Source: Bacteroidia bacterium (GTDB lineage: Bacteria > Bacteroidota > Bacteroidia > Flavobacteriales > Flavobacteriaceae). From it: DNA of 64,000 nt. Shown one piece after another: positions 1 to 8,521 of this stretch. The position numbers were made by a program, and so were the translations under genes. Each line of letters starts with the position of its first letter. Position 1 is the first letter of the stretch. Below the pieces are notes generated by a model that saw only the letters and a list, made by a program, of their open reading frames with translations, had not been told where the DNA came from and did not search any database. Location: positions 4,876 to 68,875 of the forward strand of contig JAUIEK010000009.1 of NCBI GenBank assembly GCA_030428865.1, given 5' to 3'.

Positions 1-88
1 TAATAAACATTTTCACTTAAATACTGATAATCAGTTAATTAATAGTTTTGAGAAGAAAAGTTGATTCATTAAAAAAGAATCAATAAAT

Positions 89-571
89 ATGAAACACGTT
101 ACATTATTTATGTTTTCCGTTATACTATTCGCTTGTAGTAAGGTTAAGGATAAAAAAATAGAAAATAAAAAGAGTGATTTATATATCGAAATATCAATTA
201 ATAATGATAAATCTAACTCTAATCAAATAGTAGGTAATATTAAATATCATTTTAAAATAAATGATACTTTAAAAATTGTAAATGATGATAAAAGACTTAT
301 ATATTTTATAGCTGATATTAAACCACATAAAGATGATGAGATTACGTTTAAAAATGATACTGTGTTTGAAAAACAATTAAGTTTTTCAAAAATAATAGTA
401 AATGATACGATTAATATTCCTTTTACTTTTAAAGGGAAGTTTAACGGAGGATTAAGAATTTTTGGAGGAATTAATGATACTTTTTTACTTAATTCTTATA
501 AGGGAGATGGAGAAAAAGTTAGGGTAATTTCTTATGACCATACTTTTAAAAAGGAAGTTTACTTAAATTAA
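89..571 (+). CDS. hypothetical lipoprotein
   Basis: ORF with an N-terminal signal peptide and lipobox-like LFAC|S. I recognise no family. Confidence 0.5.
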   Translation: MKHVTLFMFSVILFACSKVKDKKIENKKSDLYIEISINNDKSNSNQIVGNIKYHFKINDTLKIVNDDKRLIYFIADIKPHKDDEITFKNDTVFEKQLSFSKIIVNDTINIPFTFKGKFNGGLRIFGGINDTFLLNSYKGDGEKVRVISYDHTFKKEVYLN

Positions 572-605
572 TAAAATGTATTAATTTAAGTATCAGAATA
601 CCAAT

Positions 606-1190
606 ATGAGAAATAAAATAGATGCTAAGCACATGCGATTAATAGCTTATTGTATTCTTTTTCTTAGTGTTTGCGGTTGTTCTCCTAAGTTACCTATTTT
701 TGAAATAGAGGAAAAAATAAATGATGACTATACAGCTCATTTTGAAGGTGATATTGAACATATGATTAGAGATACACCTACTAAGCTCTTAAAAAAATAT
801 GGTGAAAAAGGTTTAAGAAAAAAGTTAATGTTAGTCTTTAACGATAGTAGGGAGTATCCTGTTGGTTATAGTAATATAGGAGAGTTAGATGTTAAAAGAG
901 AAGGCAAATGTCGTTCTTATCGTTATTATGATGTTACATATTTAGTAACAAAATCTCAAATGACACCTTTTATAGATTCTACAGCTTTAAAACTGAATTA
1001 TAAAGAATACGGTAAAGAGAATGTTTACCTTAATCCAAGTTCAAAGATTTTACATGTTACAGAAAGGAAGCATACAATATTAGTGTACGATAGAGACAAA
1101 AAATGGAAAGTACTCAGTTACGACATTAAATTTTTAGAAGAAGCCTTTGGTAAAAAGTTTTCTGATTGTTTAGAGAATAACGAAAATTAA
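606..1190 (+). CDS. hypothetical lipoprotein
   Basis: ORF with a hydrophobic N-terminus and a Cys-containing lipobox-like LSVCGC. The true start may be the internal Met (MRLIAYC...). I recognise no family. Confidence 0.5.
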   Translation: MRNKIDAKHMRLIAYCILFLSVCGCSPKLPIFEIEEKINDDYTAHFEGDIEHMIRDTPTKLLKKYGEKGLRKKLMLVFNDSREYPVGYSNIGELDVKREGKCRSYRYYDVTYLVTKSQMTPFIDSTALKLNYKEYGKENVYLNPSSKILHVTERKHTILVYDRDKKWKVLSYDIKFLEEAFGKKFSDCLENNEN

Positions 1191-1294
1191 ATATTGATTC
1201 AATAACTACAGATACAAAATTTAATCAATGATGTTACTCAAGTTAATACAACAGATGTTAAGAGAGTATCAGAAATTTTATTCAAACAATAAAT

Positions 1295-1537
1295 GTGAAC
1301 TTAGTTTTTGGGAAAGACACAACAATTGAACAACTTCTTTTTCATGTGGATTTAATAAGAGAAAGAGAAGACTTAGTATTTATAAAATATGATGGCTTAA
1401 GGGTTAATGATTTTATAACAGTTGTTATATCTTATCCCAATGACTTATCAAAACAACAAATAAAGTTTGAGGGAAATGATTTGAGAAAATTATTGAGTCA
1501 GGCGGTGATTAAATATTATGAAGAAAACAACTTATAA
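1295..1537 (+). CDS. hypothetical small protein (GTG start) that overlaps the downstream CPR-like gene
   Basis: 80-aa ORF whose 3-prime end overlaps the next ORF by 20 nt, which suggests translational coupling. I recognise no family. Confidence 0.35.
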   Translation: MNLVFGKDTTIEQLLFHVDLIREREDLVFIKYDGLRVNDFITVVISYPNDLSKQQIKFEGNDLRKLLSQAVIKYYEENNL

Positions 1538-1865
1538 GCTCTTTCTTGATGATATAAGAGATATAAAGATGGTATATCCTGATTCAAATGAAACAGATTT
1601 TAATCTTGTGAGAAATTATGAAGATTTTAAATCGGTAATTTTAAGGAAGGGGTTACCATCTTTTATAAGTTTTGATAATGATTTAGGGGTTGACAAAGAA
1701 GGCAACTTACTGCCAGACGGTTATGCTTGTGCTAAATGGTTAGTTTATGAAAGTGGACTTGATTTAGTAAATTTGAATTTTAGTGTTCATTCGGCTAATC
1801 CAGTTGCTTCAATTCAGATAAAATCATTGTTAAGTAATTACATTGAACATTTGAAAAAAGATTGA
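1518..1865 (+). CDS. cyclic-phosphate processing receiver (CPR/cREC)-like domain protein
   Basis: The motif pattern LFLDDIRD ... ISFDNDLG ... DGYACAKWL ... SVHSANPV matches my recollection of the divergent REC-fold cyclic-phosphate processing receiver domain described from RNA-repair and conflict systems. Not verified by a profile search. Confidence 0.55.
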   Translation: MKKTTYKLFLDDIRDIKMVYPDSNETDFNLVRNYEDFKSVILRKGLPSFISFDNDLGVDKEGNLLPDGYACAKWLVYESGLDLVNLNFSVHSANPVASIQIKSLLSNYIEHLKKD

Positions 1866-1941
1866 AAAACGCTTACGTGAAAAAAAGAGTTAGGAATAAG
1901 CAATCTTCTATAGTTTATAACTTGAATGACATAGATAAAAC

Positions 1942-2163
1942 ATGAAAGAACACGTAAAAAAGACTTCTGAAATACTTAGTAAAACTAAAGATTTTGAAAT
2001 TATTAATAAATATTTTGAAGCGAATAAGTTAGATGTTAAAGACAGGGTGTTTATCATTCAAGAAGTTTTGGCAATAAAAACGAGTCAAGCATTAGATATT
2101 GTTTTGCATAAGTACAGAGAAGAATTATCTGATAATCTTTTAGATAAATTTTTGGATGATTAA
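1942..2163 (+). CDS. hypothetical small protein
   Basis: 73-aa helical-looking ORF. Its stop overlaps the start of the next ORF by 8 nt. Confidence 0.35.
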   Translation: MKEHVKKTSEILSKTKDFEIINKYFEANKLDVKDRVFIIQEVLAIKTSQALDIVLHKYREELSDNLLDKFLDD

Positions 2164-2605
2164 GAAATCAAAAATTACTAACTGGAAATTACTGGAAGTC
2201 CTTGAAAATATTAAAATCATAAATAATGATTCAGGTAAATATTTTAATCTTATAGCTAAAAAGTTTGATATTCCTCTTACCAATTTTAGTGGAGTAGATA
2301 GAGAAAAAACACATATAGATTGGTCAAAAATGGCTAATTACAATAAATTTTTTTCTGGAGGTGAAGACGAATTAGAAAATATAATTGCTTTTAAAAACTC
2401 TAGATTAGCTAAGAAAGAAAATTTAGTTATGTTGTATGGCTATGATGAACCTACGGTTCTCATTCCTGCAGATTTATTTATCTCAGATTGGGAAGATTTT
2501 ATGGCTAGTACTCAATGGGAAACTATTATTTTCAGTGAAGACTTTGAATTAATTATGGAGGTAAGCAGAGATTATAACTTACATAGTAACTTCAAAATAA
2601 GATAA
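2156..2605 (+). CDS. hypothetical protein (possible immunity-type small protein)
   Basis: 149-aa acidic cytoplasmic ORF coupled to the upstream 73-aa ORF. No family is confidently recognised. Confidence 0.45.
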   Translation: MIKKSKITNWKLLEVLENIKIINNDSGKYFNLIAKKFDIPLTNFSGVDREKTHIDWSKMANYNKFFSGGEDELENIIAFKNSRLAKKENLVMLYGYDEPTVLIPADLFISDWEDFMASTQWETIIFSEDFELIMEVSRDYNLHSNFKIR

Positions 2606-2672
2606 AAAACATAGAACAGGGTATTTTGAAGAGAATTAGATTACTTAATGGACAAAGGTTATAAACTAAGCG

Positions 2673-3038
2673 ATGATGGTACAAGACTTATTAAATAAAA
2701 TAGTGGAGCTCCCAATAAAATTCTATAGCACTGAAAACAAACTGTCTATATATGAACTATTAGAAGAGACAGGCTACTTTAAGAGTTATGGTAACGTAAA
2801 ACAAAGAGATTTGCTTCAAGCACTTGAGAAATCTGGAGAATATATTAATCATTGGTTAAATTGGTCATCAAATAAGCGTACCACATCTGGTTGGTATTTT
2901 AAAAAAGAAAAAGACAGATACTTGGTTGGGTATTTTGATATGGAAAATAATATAGATGATAGTAAAGAGTATTACGACTCGAGAATAGCCTGCTCACACT
3001 ATATAAAAGAGGAAATAGAAGAAATTAGAAGAAGCTAA
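2673..3038 (+). CDS. hypothetical protein
   Basis: 121-aa ORF in the co-directional small-gene array. I recognise no family. Confidence 0.45.
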   Translation: MMVQDLLNKIVELPIKFYSTENKLSIYELLEETGYFKSYGNVKQRDLLQALEKSGEYINHWLNWSSNKRTTSGWYFKKEKDRYLVGYFDMENNIDDSKEYYDSRIACSHYIKEEIEEIRRS

Positions 3039-3065
3039 CTATAGTTAAGATCAAAACCTTACAAT

Positions 3066-3350
3066 ATGTATTCTAAAATAGATCCTGCTTTAAATGAATG
3101 GATAGAACATAAGAGTTTATATCTTCAAAAAGAATATAAAGGAGAGGAAGTGCGCTCTATAAATTACGTTACTGAAAAAGGAAACAAATACCAAATATGG
3201 TTAACTCCATCAAAAAGAAATATTGTCAAAATTACTGTTTGGGATTATAAAAAGAATAAAGTAGTATTTGAAGTTGAAAACAGATTCATTCAATCGTCTC
3301 TGAATGAGTGCATTAGTATAATAAACAGTTGGGATTTTGTTATGTTATAA
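3066..3350 (+). CDS. hypothetical protein
   Basis: 94-aa ORF in the same array. I recognise no family. Confidence 0.4.
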   Translation: MYSKIDPALNEWIEHKSLYLQKEYKGEEVRSINYVTEKGNKYQIWLTPSKRNIVKITVWDYKKNKVVFEVENRFIQSSLNECISIINSWDFVML

Positions 3351-3372
3351 TAATTTAACCCATTCTTAGATT

Positions 3373-3624
3373 ATGGAAATAGATATTGAAAATAAACTAA
3401 GGATAGATTTTAAAAATAACTTTGAAGAAGCCAAGAAGTTACTAGAATTATTTGAAGATAAACATCAATTAAGTTCCAGAGTAAGTAGAAGTATTATTAA
3501 ACTTTCTAACGGAGATATTAATGTTTTTATTGCTAAAATGAAAGAAGCTGAAGATGACTGGAGGGATGTAGTAGAGGATGCAGAAAGTTTTAGCTTTGAA
3601 CTTAATACTCCTTTTAAAGTTTAA
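3373..3624 (+). CDS. hypothetical protein
   Basis: 83-aa acidic ORF, the last gene of the array. I recognise no family. Confidence 0.4.
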   Translation: MEIDIENKLRIDFKNNFEEAKKLLELFEDKHQLSSRVSRSIIKLSNGDINVFIAKMKEAEDDWRDVVEDAESFSFELNTPFKV

Positions 3625-3720
3625 AAGTTTTTTAGTTTTAAGAATTTGTAAGTCTCCCTAAAAACTGGACCATTTATTATCCTACTAAATACAAGTTTAA
3701 TTGTCAGTTAAAAATTCAAA

Positions 3721-3751
3721 CACCTGTAAATAAATCATTTACAGGTGTTTT
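3721..3751. terminator. bidirectional intrinsic terminator between the small-gene array and ssrA
   Basis: Perfect 10-bp stem, cacctgtaaa (3721-3730) with tttacaggtg (3738-3747). It is followed by TTTT on the plus strand and by tttgaatttt on the minus strand. It lies directly after the tmRNA 3-prime end. Confidence 0.6.
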
Positions 3752-3753
3752 CG

Positions 3754-4150
3754 TGGAGACGCCGAGAATCGAACTCGGGTCCAAACAAGCAGTTAAAATG
3801 CTTTCTACATACTTAGTTTCTGTATCATTTTCGTCTAATAGCCAACCAAAAACAATCTACTACTAGCTTAGCTTCTTAATTTTCAAAATACAATCAAAGC
3901 AGTTGCATTTCTAGAGTTACTTTCACGATGTTTCTGGTCAGAACGCGGTAAATCAACGCTTTCTAGAAACATTTAGCTTGTGTATCTTATACACCGAGGC
4001 CTGTACCTTACTATAAATTCGGGTAATTAAGCAGCTAAAGCGTAATTATTTTCGCCGTTTAATTGTTTGAAATAAGTTTTACAAGTAGTCATTTCACTCC
4101 TTGGTATGCTTACACTCTCACTGTTCTTGCTGTCAAAACCAGTCGTCCCC
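3754..4150 (-). ncRNA. ssrA: tmRNA (transfer-messenger RNA)
   Basis: Read on the minus strand, the 5-prime end is GGGGACGACTGGTTTTGACAGC. The 3-prime end has a tRNA-like T-arm, ACCCGAGTTCGATTCTCGGCGTCTCCA. The acceptor stem GGGGACG/CGTCTCC contains a G3:U70 wobble, the alanine identity element. An internal tag reading frame GGC GAA AAT AAT TAC GCT TTA GCT GCT TAA encodes GENNYALAA-stop at 4027-4056. Total length is about 397 nt. Confidence 0.9.
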
Positions 4151-4274
4151 AAAAATGGGTTAGAAAGTAAAAGTTCTAAGAGTACAAAATTACTAAAATG
4201 AATTGAAAAAAGTATAACTTGTTTGTACTTGTAAAAACCAGTAAATTCGCAGGCACTCAAACAAACTTACAAAG

Positions 4275-5480
4275 ATGAAATTTGGTATTATTAAAGAAAG
4301 AAAGAATCCGCCAGACAGACGTGTTGTATTTTCACCTGAAAAACTAACTGAATTTAAAGCTGAGTTTCCAGAGGCAGAAATTGAAGTGGAATCATCAGAT
4401 ATTCGTGTTTTTTCTGATGAAGCTTATCAATTAAATGGATTTAAAGTTGTAGATGATATTAGTTCGTGTGATGTTTTGTTAGGTGTAAAAGAAGTACCTA
4501 TTGATGCGTTAATTCCGAATAAAAAATACTTTTTCTTTAGTCATACTATTAAAAAACAACCGTATAACAGAAAATTACTAAAAGCAATTTTAGATAAAAA
4601 TATTGAGTTGTATGATCATGAAGTGATTATAAGAGCAGACGGAAGTCGTTTAATTGGTTTTGGTCGATATGCGGGTATTGTTGGTGCATATAATGGTTTT
4701 AGAGCAATTGGCTTAAAAAATGAAAGCTATAATCTACCGAAAGCGGAAACACTACCAAATCAGCAAGCATTAATTGATGAGTTAAACGCGATTTCGATTC
4801 CAAAATTAAAAATACTATTAACAGGAAGTGGAAAAGTAGCGAATGGAGCAAAAGAAATGCTAGATGCTACGAACACCCAGGAAGTTTCTGTTGATGCGTA
4901 TTTATCTCAAGAATTTGACTCTTCTGTGTATTGTATGATTGACGTGCTAGACTACAACAAACGAAAAGATGGACAAGTAATAGATCGGTATGATTTTTAT
5001 AACAATCCCAAGCAATATGAATCTGATTTTATGCGATTTGCCAAAGTAACTGATTTTTTTATAGCAGGTCATTTTTATGGAGATGGAGCGCCTTACTTAT
5101 ATACACGGGAAGATGCTAAAAAATCAGATTTTAATATACAATACGTTGCTGATATTTCTTGTGACATTAATGGACCTGTAGCAAGTACTATTAAGCCTTC
5201 TACTATTGCAGATCCTATTTATGGTTATGATCCTATCTCAGAAAAAGAAGTTAATTATAAAGAACAAGGAGCAATCACAGTAATGGCGGTTGATAATTTA
5301 CCTTGTGAGCTTCCTGCAGATGCAAGTGAAGGATTTGGAGATATGTTTTTGCAACATGTAATTCCTGCTTTTTTTAATGGAGATAAGGACGGTATTTTAG
5401 CACGAGCCAAAATGACGGAAAACGGAAGATTAACAGATCGATTTCGATATCTACAAAACTATGTAGACGGAAAAGAATAA
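4275..5480 (+). CDS. AlaDH/PNT-family NAD(P)-dependent dehydrogenase (saccharopine dehydrogenase / lysine-ketoglutarate reductase-like)
   Basis: The N-terminus IIKERKNPPDRRVVFSPE and a Rossmann-type LLTGSGKVANGA resemble the alanine dehydrogenase/transhydrogenase fold. The exact substrate cannot be determined from the sequence. Confidence 0.65.
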   Translation: MKFGIIKERKNPPDRRVVFSPEKLTEFKAEFPEAEIEVESSDIRVFSDEAYQLNGFKVVDDISSCDVLLGVKEVPIDALIPNKKYFFFSHTIKKQPYNRKLLKAILDKNIELYDHEVIIRADGSRLIGFGRYAGIVGAYNGFRAIGLKNESYNLPKAETLPNQQALIDELNAISIPKLKILLTGSGKVANGAKEMLDATNTQEVSVDAYLSQEFDSSVYCMIDVLDYNKRKDGQVIDRYDFYNNPKQYESDFMRFAKVTDFFIAGHFYGDGAPYLYTREDAKKSDFNIQYVADISCDINGPVASTIKPSTIADPIYGYDPISEKEVNYKEQGAITVMAVDNLPCELPADASEGFGDMFLQHVIPAFFNGDKDGILARAKMTENGRLTDRFRYLQNYVDGKE

Positions 5481-5482
5481 GA

Positions 5483-6070
5483 CTATTTTTTTACCATCAA
5501 ACCATATACTACATGCCCAACTCCTGCAATTAACAGTGCGTTGTACCAATAAGTAGGAATGATAAAAGTTAACAGGGCAAGCATAAGAAAAAGACCTCCC
5601 ATAATGTATAATGATCTTTTTTTTCTAAAGTTATAGAGCAATAAGTAAATACCGTATAGCAACAGAAAAATAGCGGTTAACTGTAAGTAAAATCCTTGTG
5701 TATTTAAGTAATAAAGAACTAATATAACAACAATAGATAAAAAGAAACTAACCCAAAACGTAGCTTTGGTAGAGGCATTCCAAAACACCAAACTTTCTTT
5801 TCTGCAAATTCTTCTACTACTATAAAAAAGCGCGAAGTAAGAAAACAAAACAAATAATATCCCTAAAAATAAAATTTGATATTCAACCAATTCAATAGAT
5901 AATAGTAGTAATGGACTGCTATCAGATATAAATCCTTCTAGAATTGTTTTGGTAACGTAAGCAAAAATAAGCAGATAGATGCCAATTTGAATGCTGTTAA
6001 CACCCCTTAAAATAAAATTTGATTGCGAATTTATAGGTAAATTGTTACTTGTAACTTTTGCCATGATCAC
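5483..6070 (-). CDS. hypothetical integral membrane protein
   Basis: 195-aa ORF with several long hydrophobic segments. Confidence 0.5.
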   Translation of the reverse strand: MIMAKVTSNNLPINSQSNFILRGVNSIQIGIYLLIFAYVTKTILEGFISDSSPLLLLSIELVEYQILFLGILFVLFSYFALFYSSRRICRKESLVFWNASTKATFWVSFFLSIVVILVLYYLNTQGFYLQLTAIFLLLYGIYLLLYNFRKKRSLYIMGGLFLMLALLTFIIPTYWYNALLIAGVGHVVYGLMVKK

Positions 6071-6112
6071 TAGCTAATATACAAAAATTGATTCGGCAAT
6101 AGAAAGTTAAGC

Positions 6113-7069
6113 TTAAATGACTTGAACTTTAAATGACACAGCAAGTTCGTTATTAACAAAAAGATACAATTCTGTGTGAGTAGTTGGAGCAGGAATTGTC
6201 AAAAGTGAATTGATGGATTTTTTAATTTGTGGTTTTTTAGCGTATTGATCATTTTGGAAAACATAAAAAATAGATTCTTTTTCGGTAAGTCCTTTTACCT
6301 CGAGTTCTATAGATTTTCCCTTTTGTACTTTGATGATACCGGAAGTTGCTTTTGAAAAAGAGAGTCCTTTTCCTAAAAATGAATCAGTATAAATCGGTTG
6401 ATTATAGAAAGATTTCTTGCTATCAATTTTCCATAAAATTTGCCATTTTCTATCTATTGGAAAATGTGTTTTACCAATTAACTCAATAGGAATGTTAAAA
6501 TAATAAGCTCGAAAGCTTTTCTCCCACTTATTATTCAGTACATATCCAGCGGCCCAAGTAGCATCGATAATCATCCACTTGTTATTAATTTTTACAATAT
6601 TCCAGGCATGATTTGTTGCTGTTTCTGGTTTCCCAATACTCAGCGGAGAATTTCTGATATTTCCTTTTAAAACTTCGCATTCTATTTGCATTAAATCACA
6701 CAGTTTTTTTAGAGATTGCGCATATTCCTCACAAACACCTCTTTTATTTTTAAAAGCATCCGAAACAATTTTGTCTTTAATTTCTTTGACTTTTTGTAAT
6801 CTTTCAGCTTCATCAGTATAGCTAAAGCGAATAGACCTGTTTTTTTGATAAGAGTTGTCTAAACTATATGATATATTGTTTGTTAGCCATTTAAAGGCAG
6901 CTCGTACTTTATGGATATCTGAAGTAAAGTCTTTTTGAATCTGTTTAGCTAAATCTTCAACATTAGAATAGCGAGGGTACGAACTCACTTTTGCATCAAC
7001 CTTATCAAAAGATTGAGCTGAAATATGTTGGGAAATTATGATGGAGAGAAAAAACAAGAGTTTTTTCAT
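6113..7069 (-). CDS. secreted transglutaminase-like domain protein
   Basis: Cys-His-Asp pattern typical of the transglutaminase-like core: RGVCEEYAQ ... NHAWNIV ... IIDATWA. I place the start at the MKKLLFFLSIIISQHISAQ signal peptide; the longest ORF extends to 7135. Confidence 0.7.
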   Translation of the reverse strand: MKKLLFFLSIIISQHISAQSFDKVDAKVSSYPRYSNVEDLAKQIQKDFTSDIHKVRAAFKWLTNNISYSLDNSYQKNRSIRFSYTDEAERLQKVKEIKDKIVSDAFKNKRGVCEEYAQSLKKLCDLMQIECEVLKGNIRNSPLSIGKPETATNHAWNIVKINNKWMIIDATWAAGYVLNNKWEKSFRAYYFNIPIELIGKTHFPIDRKWQILWKIDSKKSFYNQPIYTDSFLGKGLSFSKATSGIIKVQKGKSIELEVKGLTEKESIFYVFQNDQYAKKPQIKKSINSLLTIPAPTTHTELYLFVNNELAVSFKVQVI

Positions 7070-7148
7070 AGCGTTTCGATTAAAAATTATAGAAACGAAT
7101 GGTTTATTAGGTCTCTCATTTTTAATCATTATCAAGATGTGCTTTTAT

Positions 7149-7571
7149 TTAGTTATTAGTAGGAAAAAACTTTAAACCTTTCACTTCTATTTCAACACCT
7201 TGCTCTTCTTTTAATTCTAAATCTCCTATTTCTGATTTTAATATAGAAATAAATTCTGGTCCTGTTTGTAAGTAAAGATCAATTAAAATATCATATTTAG
7301 TTTTTACTATTTGAATCACTCTTCCTTTTATTCTGAACCTGTTTTTAAGAAAGACGATGGAAGAATCAAAATCATCAAAATTTTCAATCAATTTAATGGA
7401 GATTAATTGGTCATAACTCATTTCTACACTTAGGTTTTTCTCCCCAATATAATCTTTTAAATTACCTTCTTCATCCCATATCTCTGCTGTCATTTTCTCA
7501 GAACCATGAGTTAATTCTGCTAATGAATATTGGCGTTTTTTACCTAGTATTTTGTGAATGGTTATTCCCAC
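7149..7571 (-). CDS. hypothetical protein (GTG start in the longest ORF)
   Basis: 140-aa ORF with no recognised family. The start codon is uncertain. Confidence 0.4.
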   Translation of the reverse strand: MGITIHKILGKKRQYSLAELTHGSEKMTAEIWDEEGNLKDYIGEKNLSVEMSYDQLISIKLIENFDDFDSSIVFLKNRFRIKGRVIQIVKTKYDILIDLYLQTGPEFISILKSEIGDLELKEEQGVEIEVKGLKFFPTNN

Positions 7572-7625
7572 TTGTATAATACGATTTATACATATAAAAA
7601 CAACTTATTTAGAAAAATAGTATTT

Positions 7626-8444
7626 CTAAAATTGATTGATTGTTTTTCGAATAGCTACAAGGTTTGATAATAGATTTTCTAGATAATCTAGATGAAGCAT
7701 ATTAGCGCCGTCACTTTTTGCATTTGCAGGATCAAAATGTGTTTCTATAAATAATCCATCAACATTATTTACAATACCAGCTCGTGCAATGGTTTCAATC
7801 ATATCGGGTCTGCCACCAGTAACACCAGATGTTTGATTGGGTTGCTGTAAAGAATGTGTAACATCTAATACAGTAGTGGCAAACGATCGCATTTCTGGAA
7901 TTCCTCTAAAATCTACAATCATATCTTGATAACCAAACATAGTTCCTCTATCAGTAACCATTACTTTATTGTTACCAGAATCTAAAACTTTTTGGACAGC
8001 ATGTTTCATTGCTCCCGGACTCATAAATTGTCCCTTTTTTAAGTTGACTACTTTTTTTGTGTTAGCAGCAGCAACGACCAAATCTGTTTGACGTACTAAA
8101 AAAGCTGGAATTTGCAATACATCAACATATTCAGCGGCCATATCTGCATCACTAACTTCATGAATATCAGTTACAGTTGGAATATTAAAGGTAGTTCCAA
8201 CTTTTGCTAATATTTTCAGTGCTTTTTCATCGCCAATTCCCGTAAAGCTATCTATTCTACTACGATTTGCTTTTTTAAAACTTCCTTTAAATACATAAGG
8301 AATTTGCAGGTCATCTGTAATTTTAACAACCTTTTCTGCAATTCGTAAAGCCATATCTTCACTCTCAATTGCACAAGGTCCAGCTAGTAGAAAAAAGTTA
8401 TCAGATTGCGTATGTTTTATCTTAGGGATAAGATTGATGTCCAT
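7626..8444 (-). CDS. kdsA: 3-deoxy-8-phosphooctulonate (KDO8P) synthase
   Basis: 272 aa with LAGPCAIES, FKGSFKKANRSR and typical KdsA conservation along the full length. Confidence 0.9.
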   Translation of the reverse strand: MDINLIPKIKHTQSDNFFLLAGPCAIESEDMALRIAEKVVKITDDLQIPYVFKGSFKKANRSRIDSFTGIGDEKALKILAKVGTTFNIPTVTDIHEVSDADMAAEYVDVLQIPAFLVRQTDLVVAAANTKKVVNLKKGQFMSPGAMKHAVQKVLDSGNNKVMVTDRGTMFGYQDMIVDFRGIPEMRSFATTVLDVTHSLQQPNQTSGVTGGRPDMIETIARAGIVNNVDGLFIETHFDPANAKSDGANMLHLDYLENLLSNLVAIRKTINQF

Positions 8445-8521
8445 TCAAAAAAATTTTCACAAAAATACAAAATTATAATTGCGACGGTTTCGGTATCTTT
8501 AAGGCTTTAAAATCGAAAATC

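Noticed and set aside
4027-4260. 77-aa minus-strand ORF from the track
   Set aside because: It lies on top of the tmRNA gene and its promoter region. Only its last nine codons (GENNYALAA) are meaningful, as the tmRNA tag frame.
6113-7069. Transglutaminase-like protein as a lasso-type leader protease (B protein)
   Set aside because: It carries a clear N-terminal signal peptide, so it is exported. At 318 aa with extra C-terminal domains it does not resemble a B protein. It is also separated from the peptide locus by kdsA, a peptidase, a channel gene and mpl.
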